64,000 nucleotides of DNA from Kudoa neothunni. Lineage: Eukaryota; Animalia; Cnidaria. The notes below the pieces were generated by a model that saw only the letters and a program-made list of their open reading frames with translations, was not told the DNA's origin and ran no database searches. The stretch covers positions 16,021,731 to 16,085,730 of the forward strand of contig OZ199838.1 in NCBI GenBank assembly GCA_964304625.1, read 5' to 3'. The translations under genes were made by a program, and so were the position numbers. Below, in pieces: positions 60,674 to 64,000 of this stretch (its first letter is position 1; every line of letters starts with the position of its first letter).

Positions 60674-63060
60674 CCCTTAAACACCAACCCTGGGCTCCAC
60701 AAGCCCACTTCCGAATAAACCTCGCTTTAAATTCCTCAATTTTGACCATTTTTACCCCGGGTTTCACGTAAATTCATAAAAAATTGTTTTCCATAATATT
60801 GTAAAATATCTGAAAAATTTTATTTCCGCATATTAAGCTATTTGAAATACAGGTGAGCTTATTATTAAGTAAACAAATAACAAATCCTGCCATTTTTAAT
60901 CCCAAATATTAACAGAATTTTCCCAGCACATTGTATTGTCCAGCAATAATCGTTTCTTCTGATGCAGAAAGTACATCTTCAGGTGAAATTGAAAAGTTAT
61001 TGCAGACAGAAAGAGAACCTAAATTTTGTAATTCTAAATTATTGCGTAATTTCAATTTTGAAAGATTTTGCATTAATTTCTATTTATAGATGATATTGAC
61101 ACTACAAACAAATGCAGTCTAATGGATGAAAATAATAATATAAGTTCTACTTCTTCTATTTCAAAAGACAAATCTTTAGTCTGGTCTCCAAAATCCATAC
61201 CTGGGCGAACTGCCAATCAAAATATTATCAATAATGACCTAGAGGAAGGAAAACCTATTGAAACATTGGATACAACAACCATATCGAGCTCATTTTCACA
61301 TTTTATAAGAGACGAGATGCTCGAAGAAATTTCATTGTTCATAAACCGTAAAGGTTTTGAAAAATATAATGATTCATGGAAACGCCTAGATTGCATCGAA
61401 TTAAAAGCTTTCTTAGGATTGCTGTTATTGGCTGGTTCCAATAAATCAAACCTAGAGAGTACCAGGATTCTGTGGCATGAAATTCACGGAAGACCATAAT
61501 TTCGTGCCACTATGACACTATGAGTGAAATGAGATTTCGAAAAATCTTAAATTGCTTGCGCTTTGATGAATATTGGAAGCGTAAAAAGTTCCCAAATTCA
61601 GTTGATAAATTTTCCCATCAGTAACCTGTTTCGAAATTTTTCGGAAATTTGTAGGAATAGTTATGTCCCTGGACCTAATTTGACCGTAGATGAACAACTA
61701 TATCCGTTCCGAGGGCGTGTATCATTTCTTGTTTACATGCCAAAAAAACCATCCAAATATGGGCTAAAATTTTAGGTCGTATGTGATAGTCGAGAACACG
61801 TTATGTATCCAACGTTTTACCTTACTTGGGTAGAATTGATTAGAGCCGTGAAACAAATCTGAGTTTTAAAGTTGTCATTGACTTGACTCAACATTTTTTG
61901 GACTCGGGAAGAACTGTTACATGTGATAATTATTTCACTTCCTGGAAGCTAGCTCTATATCTACGATATCTACAAGAAAGAAAAACGTCCATTCTTGGCG
62001 CTGTGCGCAAATGTCGAACATTTATTCCACTTGAATTTTAATCAAATAACTCTCGGAAGATATTTTCATCCTTATTTGGTTTCTATAAGTCATTTATCCT
62101 AATTTATTACATACAGAGGAAAAAACAAGACTGTAATAATTCTTTCTTCGGAGCATCGTATTCCAAATATTAGTTCAGAATACCATCGTAAACCAAAAGC
62201 AATCTTGGATTATAATGTACAGAAATGTGGCGTTGACACTTTGGATCAATGTATTTCCATTTACACATGTAAAAGAAAATGTAGACGGTGGCCGTTCGCA
62301 GTATTTTGTCAAATTCTTGATATAGCTGCGTTCAATGCATTTGTTGTAGTTATTCACGGCAATCCCCATTATTGTGACACAAACAAGTCAAATCGTCGCC
62401 AACAATTTCTCATGGATTTGTCCATGTCATTATTTAAGCCCGAGCAGGAAAGAAGATATAAAATTACATTTGTTTCTAACCAGCCTGCTGTTAAATAAAC
62501 AATGGAATAAGTTGGTTTCGAATTTAACAAAGAAAGTGATGCTGTTTTTGTCCCTACCAGTATTGTACGTTGAAGTCGAAGCAAGCAAGTCTGTCACTTA
62601 TGTGATCGAAGTGTTTGTAATGAACATTCAAAGAAAAACATTATTTGTTTAAACTGTGACTCACAACAAAAATAATTAAAACATATTTCTTGTCTGCGAT
62701 TTTTTATTGAAAGCTACGTGAATATTTATAACGGTTGGAACATATGGTAGAAGTGAATTTAAAATAAATAATTATTAATTTTGCTAACCGACTTAATAGG
62801 AATGTTGATTGACATACAAATAAATTAAAGCCGACAACGAATAAATACATCCTAATAATAGGAAACAATATAGTAACTCCTTCTAAGTTTTTTTGTTATG
62901 CATAATACTAAAGTTTATCATGCTACCTTTAACTATTCTATTTTTGTTTATATATCATAATGTGACCTGCTAATAGTAGAAGAGTTAATTTTAAGATAAA
63001 ATTATAATACTGCGTTTGACGTAAGTTAATCCCTGGGCTCCAGGAGCCCAGGGTTAGTGT
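60674..63060 (+). mobile_element. piggyBac element with near-complete pseudogenised transposase
   Basis: TIR ACACCAACCCTGGGCTCC / GGAGCCCAGGGTTAGTGT; ELKAFLGLLLLAG, TVDEQLYPFRGRVSFLVYMPKKPSKYGLK, TCDNYFTS, YNVQKCGVDTLDQ...RRWP and a C-terminal Cys/His finger; several stops and frameshifts. Confidence 0.92.
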
Positions 63061-63210
63061 GCATTTGCCAGTGTTTCATCCATAGGAATGAAAATGATTC
63101 TACAATATTGATTATTAGATTTTTTAAATTGATATAATTCAAAAAAAATGTGGTGTAAAATTTACCCCAAAATCCGCCACACGTTCGTAGCATTTTTGGG
63201 ATCATTAGAG

Positions 63211-64000
63211 CAATGTTTCTCTACACGGGAAGCGGGAGTCATTCTAGAATAAATTTAAAAATTAATCTTAATATATACATTTCATAATTTTCGTTAGTCC
63301 CCGTTAAATCATGCAAGGACGTCACGCACGTAATAATATTATAGGTTGTTTTGTCAGCAATTTGTTTCTATTCAAAAAATGAGATCTAAAAATTTATTTA
63401 CTTAATTCTACGAAACGGGGAAAAGCAATAGTTTATATTAAGTGTATCACTCACCATTTTCATGTAAAATCGTAACTATGTTGTCCTTTAAAGAAACAAA
63501 TTTTTATGTTTATATTTATATTATGATTAGGTTGTCGGCATTTATATATATATATATATATATATCTAAATAATCTGTATTCTTTAAAATAAAACTACAA
63601 TGATGTTTAAAAATTTTTTCCTTCTAAATTTGAGCTCCATCATTAAATTGAATATTATTTATTATGTTACATTTTAAGTTTAATTCTCGAGTTTGTACCT
63701 GGCTTCTAATATGAATTTTAACTAAATTGTCTTTAAAAATGTTGGCAAAACAAAAATCAGAGCATTCATTTATACACTTAAATAAATGAATGTCAATTTT
63801 AATACATAAATTAGTTCTAATAATTTAGGTACTTTAAGAAGGCATCTGTTTTGAATTTTTCTGATCCCATTGCCACAATTTTTAGATTAAAATCATACTC
63901 AATACAGAATATTTAATTCGCTAGGTTTTGCACACAATATGGTATATAATATATGAGTCAGGCTTATCGACGTTACTGTATGCAAATAAAAAGTATCGAA
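63211..64000 (+). mobile_element. hAT-type MITE, same family as 42443-43543 (runs off window)
   Basis: caatgtttctcta...gtcattctagaataaatttaaaaattaatctt matches 42443-42500; aataaatgaatgtcaattttaa is also shared. Confidence 0.7.

Larger units (their letters stand above)
58642..63210. mobile_element. Outer piggyBac-type element containing two nested piggyBac elements
   Basis: TTAA|CCCTCTAATG...GGGGTAAATTTTAC left end; GTAAAATTTACCCC...CATTAGAG right end, abutted by a hAT MITE. Confidence 0.65.

Noticed and set aside
61122-62660. Stop-codon reassignment suggested by in-frame stops in transposases
   Set aside because: Stops co-occur with frameshifts only in TE relics; host genes translate cleanly with the standard code and end in TAA or TGA.

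Overview
AT-rich eukaryotic (animal-like) nuclear DNA. Genes are split by many short (~39-65 nt) GT-AG introns and separated by dense, nested, mostly decayed DNA transposons (piggyBac, Merlin/ISXO2, Tc1/pogo, MULE, hAT, one Helitron end). Splicing by eye recovers six housekeeping genes: POLR3H/RPC25, a RhoGAP, PSMC2/Rpt1, NDUFV1, an SLC7/LAT amino-acid transporter and an SLC25A32-like carrier with one 8.6-kb TE-filled intron. It also recovers two lineage-specific secreted proteins: a five-Kunitz-domain protein with an acidic tail, and a modular protein built from an unrecognised ~85-95 aa two-Cys beta-rich domain with phase-1 introns, plus a related frameshifted segment. Divergent proteins and tiny introns suggest a reduced parasitic metazoan (e.g. 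myxozoan- or orthonectid-like), but the taxon cannot be fixed from this window. The best novelty candidates are the modular secreted family, the penta-Kunitz protein, a Tc1 foldback composite carrying a MULE, a GCGCATGCGC-type motif shared by host promoters and TEs, and an 8-bp satellite born at a transposase catalytic codon. All exon calls are manual; no database searches were run.
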